A stretch of DNA of 64,000 nt from Phyllobates terribilis (lineage: Eukaryota), in the NCBI RefSeq assembly GCF_046119375.1, contig NW_027362774.1:27838001-27902000 (forward strand). Direction: 5' to 3'. The translations under genes were made by a program, and so were the position numbers. The stretch's first letter is position 1; the number at the start of each line of letters is the position of its first letter. The notes under the pieces are model-generated. The model was not told where the DNA came from. It ran no database searches and was given only the letters and a program-made list of their open reading frames with translations. Below, one piece after another: positions 24,571 through 36,689 of this stretch.

Positions 24571-24776
24571 TTTAGGGGTATTCCAGAAAACCCATGTAAG
24601 ACCCAATAAAATCAATGTGTCATAATTCCCAAAAAATGTGATAGTAAGTCTGAATAATTTAATATAAAGTCAATTAATTGGGGTATTTAAAAAAAAAAAA
24701 AATCTTGGAAAAATCCCAGAGGTTATTGCATTATGGGAACGGGTGTAAGTGCAGTGAGAATCCAGCGGTGGCGCCG

Positions 24777-24948
24777 TCAGCTCTGGTGCGCTTTGCATGA
24801 CGCCGGCCGGGACGCCGGGACCGTAGTGAACACTTGGTTCTGAAAGATAAAAATTTTCACTCTCTCGAAAACCCAGAGGAAGATGAGGAGGACGCTGACA
24901 TACTGGATCCAGGCGTACTTGATCATCTCCCAGAAGCCGGGCTCATAT
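24777..24948 (-). CDS. TMEM231: TMEM231 coding exon 7 (172 nt to stop)
   Basis: tccttaac...gcac|A-TATGAG ([40 protein letters not shown]...CKAHQS*). Confidence 0.94.
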
Positions 24949-27900
24949 GTGCTGCAGACGGTTAAGGACAAGACGCAAAGATGGCAGGAAATGGAAGAAG
25001 CCGGCGAGGAAATGAGCGCGGAAATATCAGAGGTCGGCATCTGTTTCATCTAACATTTGGTGAACAGAAGCAGAAGATGGAGCAGGGAGAAGGGACCTGC
25101 TGTATACGGGGCAGGAGACACAAAGCCACAATATAGATTTATTATCACTGACTTTCCTATCCGGGATACGGCTGTTATAACCCGTTATTGGCCAGACTCT
25201 CTGGGAAGAGAAGTTACACCGACCAGTAAGAGGTTTTCCATGACAGCATGTGTCCGGAGTGAACTAGGTTCCCCCAATATCACCTTCCATCTGCTGCAAG
25301 ATCCCTGGACCTTAAAGTAGTGCTCTCCCATCTCCTCCTTACTGATGTAAGATGTAACCCCTCTATATACAGATATAGTAACAATAGACGATGTCACAGC
25401 TCACCTCCTCCTCCTCCTCTTGTACAATGACTAATAACACCTCTATATACAGAAGATAACACAGGATCCACCATCACTATAGGTGATGTCACAGCTCACC
25501 TCCTCCCCCTCCTGTACAATGACTGATAACACCTCTATATATAGTAGATAACACAGGATCCACCATTCACAATAGGTGATGTCACAGCTCACCTCCTCCT
25601 CCTGTACAATGACTGATAACACCTCTATATACAGTAGATAACACAGGATCCACCATTCACAATAGGTGATGTCACAGCTCACCTCCTCCCTCTCCTGTAC
25701 AATGACTGATAACACCTCTGTATACAGTAGATAACAAAGGATCCACCATTAACAATAGATGATGTACAGGAGGAGGAGGAGAAGGTGAGCTGTGACATCA
25801 CCTATTGTTAATGGTGGATCCTGTGTTATCTACTGTATATAGAGGTGTTATCAGTCATTGTACAGGAGGAGGAGAAGGTGAGCTGTGACAATGACTGATA
25901 ACACAGGATCCATCATTAACAATAGGTGATGTCACAGCTCACCTCCTCCTCCTCCTGTACAATGACTGATAACACCTCTATATACAGTAGATGACACAGG
26001 ATCCTTATACCATAAAAGTGAAAGCTTCTGTCTGACATACTGACGATCTTCTTGCAGATTTTCTTGTTCCGCAGAGATATTATCAGTGACTGATGACATT
26101 TCACAAAAAGAGAGGAACATTTCGCTGTGACGGGGCCTGATCCTGTGATGGTGACAGTCTGTCTGTGTATATATACACAGATCTCTTAGACCTGTAGAGG
26201 CAGGTGTACTTTTTAAAAAAATCCATGCCAAAATAGTGGTATGATCCTGAAATTAAAAATGAGAATTTTAGAACTTGAAATGTTCTTAAAGTTAGTTGGG
26301 GAAACTTTTTTTTTTTTTTTTTTAGGGCTATTCTGATGTGGATTTTCAAAGTAAATGTATCAGCCTCATTAGGTCCAAGTGATCTATTTAGTAATGAATG
26401 CAGTTTAAGATCCACTCTAAGATGTAAAAGCTACCTACACAGCGGACGGCACCTTCACCTCTTATGTGATCATTACTGCGCTAGGGAAGTTTTTAAAGGG
26501 GAAGTACAGTTATTGGACCCAACAGCAAAAGATTTTTCCAAGAAAAAAAAAGGATATGAAATAGTCTCCATGGGGTAACGGATGACGCCACTTATCACGA
26601 ATGGGTCAAAACTGCCTCTTCCCGGGAGCCATATTGGATTGGGAATGTTCAAGACGGTTGTCACTGCAATCACACAAGACACATACTAATATAAATGGAT
26701 GGATGGGAGGGAAGAAGAGAGTGAACAACGGCAGGAGATAATCACAGGAATAAATGATAATCCCGAGAACTGGAGGAAGGTGGGAGATTCTGCAGAACCT
26801 GTATTCACATCATCCTATGGGAGGCTTCATGGTGACGGGCGAACAGATCGTTACAGAAATCATCACCAGGACAGGCGGGCGAGCGTCAAGGGATAATCAC
26901 CCTAGAAGTTTCGAAATACTCCATCATGCAATGTTTATGCTATGTGTGTCTATATGTGGCCACCTGGTGGTTGCAGCGTGAATTGCAGGCGGAGTGTAAA
27001 GTTCTCAGCGCTATTTTAACCCCTTAAGCCCCGGAGCAGTTTCCGTTTTTGCATTTTCGTTTTTGCTCCCCTTGTTCCCAGAGCCATAGTGTTTTTATTT
27101 TTTGGTCAATATGGCCGTGTGAGGGCTTATTTTTTGCGGGACGAGTTGTACTTTTCAACGCCATTACTAGTTTTACCATATCGTGCACGGGAAAAAAATT
27201 CCAAGTGCGGTAAAATTGCAAAAAAAGTGCAATACCACAGTTGTTTTTTATTTATTTTTTTTACCACGTTCACTGAATGCTAAACCTGACCTGCCCTTCT
27301 TATTCTACAGGTCATTACGAGTTCGTAGACACCAAACATGTACAGGTTCTTTTATCTTTAAGTGGTGAAAAAAAATTCCAAAATTTGGTAAAAAAAAATA
27401 AATAAAAAAATAGCGCCATTTTCTAAGACCCGTAGTGTCTCCATTTTTTCGTGATCTGGGGCTGGTTGATGGCTTATTTTTTGCGCACCGGGCTGACCTT
27501 TTTATTGATAACATTTGGGGTAGATCCGATGTTTTGATCGCCCGTTATTGCATTTTATTGCAATTTTGCGGCGACCAAAAAACGTAATACTGGCGTTTAG
27601 AATTTTTTTCTCGCTACGCCGTTTACCGATCGGATTAATTCTTTTTTTATATTGATAGATCGGGCGATTCCGAACGCGGCGATACCAAATATGTGTATGT
27701 GGGGTTTATTTTTTATTATTTTATTTTGAATGGGGCGAAAGGGGGGTGATTTAAACTTTTATATTTTTTTATTTTTTTTAAAAACTTTTTTTTTTTTCAC
27801 TTACTGCATGCTTCTATAGTCTCCATAGGAGACTAGAAGCAGCAACTATCCGATCGCCTCTGCTACATACAGGGGACGAGCAGGTCCCCTGCATGCAGCA

Positions 27901-30900
27901 GAAATGGTCCTGTGCTATGAGCGCCGACCACTAGGTGGCGCTCATAGCGACAAGATCATGACAACCACAGGCGTCTGCTGCAGACCCTGGGTTGTCATGC
28001 CCACCCATCGGCGACCTGCGATCACGTGACGGGGTCGCCGGTGGGCGGGGCTTATGACGCGCTACCCGGAAGCGCGCGTTAAATGTTGCTGTCAGAGATT
28101 AACAGCGGCATTTAACATGTTAACAGCCGCGGGTGGATCGTGATTCCACCCGCGGCTGTTGCGGGCACATGTCAGCTGTAAGAATCAGCTGACATGTGCT
28201 CCGTTCAGTGAGGGCTCAGCGCAGCAGCCCTCACTGAACGGAGGGTACGCAAATGTGCGTACTAATACGTCCCCGGTATTTAAGGGGTTAAAATTGAGTC
28301 TATTTTAGTGGTATTATAGGATTTATGTATTTTATAATTCATATAGGTCATATTAGTGTTAAGTGATAAAATTGTTGAGACAGTGAAAGGCTTAAAATTG
28401 TACCCCCAGCTCAAAGCGATGATATATCAATAGGACATGCCATCACCTTACAAATGGTGACGGTCCAACCTTCATTAAAGCTGTGCTGTGGTTCCCCTGA
28501 ATTGATGTACCGACGGTGGTTCGGGTGCTGCGCTCCATGTACCAACGGTGGTTCGGGTGCTGCGCTCCATGTACCGACGGTGGTTCGGGTGCTGCGCTCC
28601 ATGTACCGACGGTGGTTCGGGTGCTGCGCTCCATGTACCGACGGTGGTTCGGGTGCTGCGCTCCATGTACTGACGGTGGTTTGGGTGCTGCGCTCCATGT
28701 ACCGACGGTGGTTCGGGTGCTGCGCTCCATGTCCCGACGGTGGTTCGGGTGCTGCGCTCCATGTCCTGACGGTGGTTCGGGTGCTGCGCTCCATGTACTG
28801 ACGGTGGTTCGGGTGCTGCGCTCCATGTACTGACGGTGGTTCGGGTGCTGCGCTCCATGTACTGACGGTGGTTCGGGTGCTGCGCTCCATGTACTGACGG
28901 TGGTTCGGGTGCTGCGCTCCATGTACTGACGGTGGTTCGGGTGCTGCGCTCCATGTACTGACGGTGGTTCGGGTGCTGCGCTCCATGTCCTGACGGTAGT
29001 TCGGGTGCTGCGCGTCATGTACAGACGGTGGTTTCACTTTTTACTGTATTTAATTGTCCCCTTAGGAGTCTTGAAGCTGTGATCGTTTGATTGTCTGTGC
29101 TATTCATAGTAGGGCTTCAGCACTGCTATGTATCGCAAAAACTCAAAATTATGTTCTCCTTTGAGGCAGTGTTCACAGTTGATTCACCATGACAGGCATG
29201 GGGGTCTTCTGCAGATCCCCGGCTGTCATCACAACCCATCGGCGCCCCCAGATCACGTGACAGTTGCGCCGATGGGCGGTATTTGTGACGTGCTTCCAGA
29301 CGGCACGTGTTAAATCCCGCTGTCAGAGATTGACAGCGGGATTTAACCGTTTAACAGCCGCAGACGGAGCTGCAGTATTTTGGATGTTTTCCTATCCGTA
29401 GGAGGTGCTGCTGATGATGGAGGTCCCTGACGTTTGGACTCTCGGAGCAGTCAATCAATGAAATCGACGGTACAATTCTCACCGCACAAATCAGAAAATA
29501 ATAATGCTGCAAAATCAGAAGAAAGTTCAGCGTCTTGCACTCACCGTTCCTCTCCTGATAAGCGGACAGGATGTTGATCAGATCGTAAGAACTTGCGAAT
29601 GGGCTCGTTCCATTGATAACAGAAACCTGCCACGTGGAATCAGAAAAAAAAACAACCAACCATCGTTACTATTCCTGCTCTGTAATCCCCACATCTGGCC
29701 CCCAATCCGCCTCATTTCCATATGTCCAAAACAGACACAGCTCCGCTACGTCCCCCGACTGTAGTGTCTTACGTTGTAGGTGGTGTCCAGGCCCTGGTGT
29801 CTCAGAGGTCGTCTCTGCTGAAGCCTCAGGTCTCCATTGATGTAAAGCTTGGCTCCGGGAACAGGAGACGTATACTGGACGAACGCCATGCTCTGCATAG
29901 CAAATGTGGACATCCTCTGCAGGAATCGCCAAATACAGAAATATATTACATCCCCCATCATCTCATGAAAGTGACCAGAAAATATACTTACAGTATTGAC
30001 TATAACTCTTCTCCCGTTTTATGTATACAGCTCTCCTACAGACCAATGTGTCTGCATGGTTACAGACGGACAAGCCAAGCCCGTGTGGGAGCTAAACTGG
30101 CATTAATTCATTCCTCTTCTCACTGATCTACTGATGACTGCACCGTCAGACTACAAATAGGGCTTGTTTGTAGTCTGTCACCATGGAGACGCATAGAGGT
30201 GTTGGGAAAAAAAAAGGTGAGAGAAAAGCGTCTTGCTAGAGACAGGTAAAATTAGAATTATTTAATGTCCCTTACAAGATCTAGATCCCAAAGCATTATA
30301 AACGCAATATGAATAAAAATAAAATACTTCTACTCACCTCACAGCCCATCTCTCTAACTCATACATGAAAGACTGTGGCCCACAAGGTGGTTGGTTATAT
30401 TTGGCCCGCGAAACCAGAACCCTGCCACCCCTATGTGGGCCCACTATACTGTGTTGAGGACTATGTGGGGCCCATTACACTGTATGGAGGACTATGTGGG
30501 ACCATTATACTGTATGGAGGACTATGTGGGCCCACTATACTGTATGGAGGACTATGTGGGGCCCATTATACTGTATGGAGGACTATGTGGGGCCCATTAT
30601 ACTGTATGGAGGACTATGTGGGGCCCACTATACTGTAAGGAGGACTATGTGGGCCCACTATACTGTATGGAGGACTATGTGGGGCCCATTACACTGTATG
30701 GAGGACTATGTGGGGCCATTATACTGTATGGAGGACTATGTGAGGCCATTATACTGTATGGAGGACTATGTGGGCCCATTATACTGTATGGAGGACTATG
30801 TGGGCCCATTATACTGTATGGAGGACTATGTGGGGCCCACTATACTGTATGGAGGACTATGTGAGGCCATTATACTGTATGGAGGACTATGTGGGCCCAT

Positions 30901-33900
30901 TATACTGTATGGAGGACTATGTGGGCCCATTATACTGTATGGAGGACTATGTGGGCCCATTATACTGTATGGAGGACTATGTGGGGCCCACTATACTGTA
31001 TGGAGGACTATGTGAGGCCATTATACTGTATGGAGGACTATGTGGGCCCATTATACTGTATGGAGGACTATGTGGGCCCATTATACTGTATGGAGGACTA
31101 TGTGGGCCCACTATACTGTATGGAGGACTATGTGGGGCCCATTATACTGTATGGAGGACTATGTGGGGCCCATTATACTGTATGGAGGACTATGTGGGGC
31201 CCACTATACTGTAAGGAGGACTATGTGGGCCCACTATACTGTATGGAGGACTATGTGGGGCCCATTACACTGTATGGAGGACTATGTGGGGCCATTATAC
31301 TGTATGGAGGACTATGTGAGGCCATTATACTGTATGGAGGACTATGTGGGCCCATTATACTGTATGGAGGACTATGTGGGCCCATTATACTGTATGGAGG
31401 ACTATGTGGGGCCCACTATACTGTATGGAGGACTATGTGAGGCCATTATACTGTATGGAGGACTATGTGGGCCCATTATACTGTATGGAGGACTATGTGG
31501 GCCCATTATACTGTATGGAGGACTATGTGGGCCCATTATACTGTATGGAGGACTATGTGGGGCCCACTATACTGTATGGAGGACTATGTGAGGCCATTAT
31601 ACTGTATGGAGGACTATGTGGGCCCATTATACTGTATGGAGGACTATGTGGGCCCATTATACTGTATGGAGGACTATGTGGGGCCCACTATACTGTATGG
31701 AGGACTATGTGAGGCCATTATACTGTATGGAGGACTATGTGGGCCCATTATACTGTATGGAAGACTATGTGGGGCCCATTACACTGTATGGAGGACTATG
31801 TGGGGCCCATTATTCTGTATGGAGGACTATGTGGGGCCCATTATTCTGTATGGAGGACTATGTGGGGCCCACTATACTGTATGGAGGACTATGTGGGGCC
31901 CATTATACTGTATGGAGGACTATGTGGGCCCATTATTCTGTATGGAGGACTATGTGGGCCCATTATTCTGCATGGAGGACTATGTGGGGCCCATTATTCT
32001 GCATGGAGGACTATGTGGGGCCCATTATTCTGTATGGAGGACTATGTGGGGCCCATTATACTGTATGGAGGACTATGTGGGGCCCATTATACTGTATAGA
32101 GGACTATGTGGGCCCATTATTCTGTATAGAGGACTATGTGGGCCCATTATTCTGTATGGAGGACTATGTGGGGCCCATTATACTGTATAGAGGACTATGT
32201 GGGCCCATTATTCTGTATGCAGGACTATGTGGGGCCCATTATACTGTATGCAGGACTATGTGGGGCCCATTATACTGTATGCAGGACTATGTGGGGCCAT
32301 TATTCTGTATGGAGGACTATGTGGGGCCATTATTCTGTATGGAGGACTATGTGGGGCCATTATACTGTATGGAGGACTATGTGGGGCCATTATACTGTAT
32401 GGAGGACTATGTGGAGCCCATTATACTGTAGGGAGGACTATGTGGGGCCCATTATTCTCTATGCAGGACTATGGTGGGGCCATTATTCTGTACGGAGGAC
32501 TATGTGGGGCCATTATTCTGTATAGAACACTTTGTGGGGCCCATTATACTGTATGGAGGACTATGTGGGGCCATTATTCTGTATGGAGGACTTTGTGGGG
32601 CCCATTATACTGTATGGAGGACTATGTGGGGCCCATTATTCTGTATGGAGGACTATGTGGGGCCCATTATTCTGTATGGAGGACTATGTGGGGCCCATTA
32701 TTCTGTATGGAGGACTATGTGGGGCCCATTACTCTGTATGGAGGACTATGTGGGGCCCATTAATCTGTATGGAGGACTATGTGGGGCCCATTATACTGTA
32801 TGGAGGACTATGTGGGGCCCATTATTCTGTATGGAGGACTATGTGGCGCCCATTATTCTGTATGGAGGACTATGTGGGGCCCATTATTCTGTATAGAGGA
32901 CTATGTGGGGCCCATTATTCTGTATAGAGGACTATGTGGGCCCATTATTCCGTATGGAGGACTATGTGGGCCCATTATTCCGTATGGAGGACTATGTGGG
33001 GCCCATTATACTGTATAGAGGACTATGTGGGCCCATTATTCTGTATGCAGGACTATGTGGGGCCATTATTCTGTATGGAGGACTATGTGGGGCCATTATT
33101 CTGTATAGAGGACTATGTGGGGCCATTATTCTGTATAGAGGACTATGTGGGGCCATTATTCTGTATGGAGGACTTTGTGGGGCCAATTATACAGTATGGA
33201 GGACTATGTGGGGCCATTATTCTGTATGGAGGACTATGTGGGGCCATTATTCTGTATGGAGGACTTTGTGGGGCCAATTATACAGTATGGAGGACTATGT
33301 GGGGCCATTATTCTGTATGGAGGACTATGTGGGGCCATTATACTGTATGGAGGACTATGTGGGGCCATTATACTGTATGGAGGACTTTGTGGGGCCCATT
33401 ATTCTGTATACTGGTTGGCCTGCGATTTTGTCCAAATTTTTCATTTTGGCCCTATGTGGGTTGGCGTTTGACATCCCTGATCTAGCCCCTCCGCTCCTCT
33501 CCGCCACCTGTCCAGTCTATAGACTGCTGCCGCTCGTGTCACTCAAGGACAAGACTTCAGATCTGATGAGATTCCGGAAGGTTCTGGGAAAGACAAATAT
33601 ACTGTATACTAGCTATGAACCCGTTCTACGCCCGGGTGGCGAGCATTTTTTATTGGTATATGGTCTCCCATGCTGGTATTTGTGCTGCCCAATCCTGTTC
33701 CTCCATCCTGTTATGTGCTGCCCTCATCCCTATCCTGGTATGCATGGCACCCAACCTCTCATCCTGGTATGCATGGCCCCCTCAACCCTATCCTTGTATG
33801 CATAGCACCACATATTCCTATTCTGGTATGCATGGTACCCCTCATCCCTATTCTGGTATGCATGGTACCCCTCATCCCTATTCTGGTATACATGGTACCC

Positions 33901-36425
33901 CTCATCCTGGTATGCATGGCACCCCATCCATCATCCTGGTATGCATAGCACCCCTCGTTCCCCAATCCTGGTATGCGTGGCACCCCTCGTCCCCCAATCC
34001 TGGTACGCGGGCCCCCCTCACCCCCCAATCCTGGTATGCGTGGCCCCCCTCATCCCCCAATCCTGGTACGCATGCCCCCCCCCTCATCCCCCAATCCTGG
34101 TACGTGTGGCCCCCCCCCTCCTCATCCCCCAATCCTGGTACGTGTGGCCCCCCCCTCCTCATCCCCCAATCCTGGTACGTGTGGCCCCCCCCTCCTCATC
34201 CCCCAATCCTGGTACGTGTGGCCCCCCCCCTCCTCATCCCCCAATCCTGGTACGTGTGGCCCCCCCCCTCCTCATCCCCCAATCCTGGTACGCGTGGACC
34301 CCCCCCTCCTCATCCCCCAATCCTGGTATGCGTTGCCTCCTCACTCCCCCAGTCCTGGTATGCGTGGCCCCCTCACTCCCCCAGTCCTGGTATGCGTGGC
34401 CCCCTCACTCCCCCAATCCTGGTATGTATGGCACCCCTCATCCCTTTCACGCTGCACACATACAAAAAAATAAACACTTATACTCATCTTTCTTCCCTGT
34501 GCTCCAGCGCTGCTGTGTCCTGCTCAGCCGGAGGCCAGAGGAGGAGTGTGGCACCGGAGTACGCGCATGTCCATACCGCGCTGTCCGGCACCATTTTGCT
34601 GAAGACACACTGCAAATGTGTCTTCAGTAAAATGGCGCTGGATAGCGATATGCGCCGACTCCAACGCCTTCACTCCTGCTCCGGTCTCCGGCGAGAAGAG
34701 AGGCGCCGCGGCAACGCTCCTCCCGGTCAGTTAAGTATGTAAGTATGGCGCCGGAGATCGCGGTATGTGTTCAGTGTCTACACATATAGCGATCTCCGGC
34801 GCCATACACTCCTCTCACCAATAATGGCTGTAAGGTGCTTCTGTCTGGAGCCAGACTGCGCGTTGCGCAAGCACAGTCTATAGAGGCTTCAGACAGAGGG
34901 ACGCTTGTAGCGTTATATTATAGATATGGTCCCCATCCTGGTATGTGCTGCTGCCTTCTTGCGCCCCCATCCTGTCATGTGCTGCTCCCATCCTGCGCCC
35001 CAGTGCCAGGATTACTCCGCTGACTATTCTATATGTAATATGTATATATAGTGTCCTCTTCAGATATACTTATATAGATATATGTGTAAGAGACATATGT
35101 GTAGGCGTATGTTATGTTTATTTAAATAATCAATGATGTCATGAGAGGGCGGGGAGGACTGTGGCACCTGCGCAGTCTGCTCTTTCCGGCGCCATTTTGT
35201 TGAAGACACCACACTGCAAGTGTGTCTTCAATGTGTCTATTGAAGACACACTTGCAATGTCTTCAATAAAATGGCGTCGGAAGAGCGCTATGCGCATGCG
35301 CCGATTCCGACGGTGCATTCATCTCCCGGCCCGAAGACACAGCGCGGTCTCCTGGATAGGTGAGTTGCTAGGGGGGGGGGGGGGGGGCAGAGATCGCGGT
35401 AAGCGTTCAATGCTTACGTATACCGCGATCTCCTGGGCCACAATCCTTATCCTAAACTCTTCGTTTAGGATGTGGTTGCGTCCCTCTGTGGGGTCCAGAA
35501 TGAGCAGGCACGTCGCGCTTGCGCAGTCTATAGAGGCTTCAGACACAGGGATGCTTGTACGATTATATTATAGATGGCATCATGATGTGCGCCATAACCT
35601 CGCATGGGCCTGCGCAAGACCCTCCCAGGTCTGTTCAAACCCAGAATGCCCGACCCGAAGCTATTCAACCCGAGCAGGAGTGATCTGGAGATGTCATGAG
35701 GACCGGACGGGTGATGGTGATGAGCAGAGGGGCTGGAGAGGTACAACACATGTGCATTTTGGATTTTTCCAGAATTCAATTCCATTCGAATGTATTTGCG
35801 CATATCTAGTCCTTATACTTCTACACGCCCGGCACTTACATAGAGCTGGTAGGAGAAGGTCAGGATAAGCTGGACCCCGTAGACGTCCTCCACTGGTAAC
35901 AACGGCAGCTCCAAACTGAAGTTCAGCTGCTCCATCTTCCCATCTTGGTTTTTATCCTCCTCTCGAACCTACGAGATGTAAGTGACGTCACATCACTGTG
36001 TGAACAGTTCTGCTGGACAAGTACATGTAGATGTGTGCTACGTACCGACACTTGGGGTATCCGCAGCCTGTCCCCCACTAGGTTGTTGAATCCTTGAAAT
36101 GTGCTCCAAGCCACGTACCCCCCACTGCTACTGGTGATGGCGATGAGTAAGGCCTCATAGCGGAAGCGGACGTTGGGCTGTTCCTCGTACGTGCTCTGCT
36201 TCAACCAGAACCCTGCAAGAAACCGAGGAACGGATTCACAACGCTGAAACCTGCTGAGCGCAGGGATGGGGGGCCGGGGGTCTCACCCTGGCTGCGGTAG
36301 GCCACTAACAGTGGAGGGATGTAGGTCAGCGGCAGCACCACCAGGAGGAAGAGCGTGGCTCTGGAGCACACACTACTTCTGTATCTGACAAGTAGCGGGT
36401 GAGAGTAGACTTCGTAGATCGCCAT
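24777..36425 (-). CDS. TMEM231: Transmembrane protein 231 (ciliary transition-zone B9/MKS complex), 7 coding exons, 312 aa
   Basis: join(complement) 36287-36425, 36046-36212, 35840-35968, 29773-29916, 29545-29626, 26558-26663, 24777-24948 = 939 nt with consistent phases. Starts ccaccATGG ([10 protein letters not shown]...[19 protein letters not shown]...YEEQP...NGTSPFA...[25 protein letters not shown]...CKAHQS*), matching TMEM231 as recalled. Introns 1-5 GT-AG, intron 6 AT-AC. Confidence 0.96.
24949..26557 (-). other. U12-type (minor spliceosome) AT-AC intron of TMEM231
   Basis: 5' end ATATCCTT (26557-26550), branch site TCCTTAAC (24968-24961) about 10 nt before terminal AC (24950-24949); splicing here restores the in-frame ISYEPGFW. 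Confidence 0.93.
25345..26010. repeat. ~90-bp minisatellite within the U12 intron, with an internal inverted block (~25764-25890)
   Basis: Unit acctctatatacagtagataacacaggatccaccattcacaataggtgatgtcacagctcacctcctcc..tgtacaatgactgataac. Confidence 0.9.
26558..26663 (-). CDS. TMEM231: TMEM231 coding exon 6 (106 nt)
   Basis: cag|(V)[15 protein letters not shown]...[11 protein letters not shown]|atatcctt (U12 donor). Confidence 0.93.
27020..28287. mobile_element. piggyBac-type non-autonomous element (MITE) in TMEM231 intron 5
   Basis: TTAA|CCCCTTAAG...TTAAGGGG|TTAA, TTAA duplicated at 27016-27019 and 28288-28291; no ORF. Confidence 0.8.
28500..29030. repeat. 30-bp GC-rich minisatellite (~17 units)
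   Basis: Unit gacggtggttcgggtgctgcgctccatgtacc/t. Confidence 0.95.
29545..29626 (-). CDS. TMEM231: TMEM231 coding exon 5 (82 nt)
   Basis: cag|[28 protein letters not shown]|gtgagt. Confidence 0.95.
29773..29916 (-). CDS. TMEM231: TMEM231 coding exon 4 (144 nt)
   Basis: cag|[14 protein letters not shown]...[11 protein letters not shown]...DTTYN|gtaag. Confidence 0.95.
30430..33410. repeat. 29-30-bp minisatellite (~100 units) inside a hAT-like element ending at 33479
   Basis: Unit ggaggactatgtggg(g)cccattatactgtat; right end ...TTTGACATCCCTG (reverse complement CAGGGATGTCAAA, hAT-like); left terminus not found. Confidence 0.9.
33690..34450. repeat. ~31-35-bp C-rich minisatellite
   Basis: Unit cctcatcccccaatcctggtacgtgtggccccc. 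Confidence 0.9.
34500..35600. repeat. Two diverged copies of a palindromic MITE-like unit (~34500-34960 and ~35160-35600)
   Basis: Shared gaagacacac(t)gcaa.tgtgtcttca..aaaatggcg and tatagaggcttcagaca.ggga.gcttgta..ttatattatagat blocks. Confidence 0.65.
35840..35968 (-). CDS. TMEM231: TMEM231 coding exon 3 (129 nt)
   Basis: tag|[22 protein letters not shown]...[12 protein letters not shown]|gtaagt. Confidence 0.94.
36046..36212 (-). CDS. TMEM231: TMEM231 coding exon 2 (167 nt)
   Basis: cag|GGTTCTGG ([17 protein letters not shown]...RLRIPQVS); donor TCG|gtacgt. Confidence 0.93.
36287..36425 (-). CDS. TMEM231: TMEM231 coding exon 1 (139 nt)
   Basis: Kozak ccaccATGG at 36425; donor CAGG|gtgaga. 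Confidence 0.93.
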
Positions 36426-36689
36426 GGTGGAGATGTCGGGGGTCCGCACCTCATCAGGGTTTATTCTTTAGTGTCTGGACCCTCTTCATGTGTTTTGCAT
36501 AGATCCCCCTGTATAAAAATCTGATTAGAAATAGGGCAATGAGGATAGTCGCCCCCACAACTACAGCATATGGGGGTCTCATACTGAACTGGGCACCGAC
36601 CTCTGTATAACAACCTCCTAATCTCGTACCTCATCATGTGCACGTCTACTCTCCATATACACAGGAGGGGGTATGGAAATACCTGTATA

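Noticed and set aside
28500-29030. 30-bp direct-repeat array resembling CRISPR
   Set aside because: Units are contiguous with no unique spacers, there are no cas genes, and the context is a vertebrate intron; the same holds for the other arrays.
30375-34742. Many overlapping ORFs ([10 protein letters not shown]..., PPPHPPILV...)
   Set aside because: Translations of intronic minisatellites, not genes.
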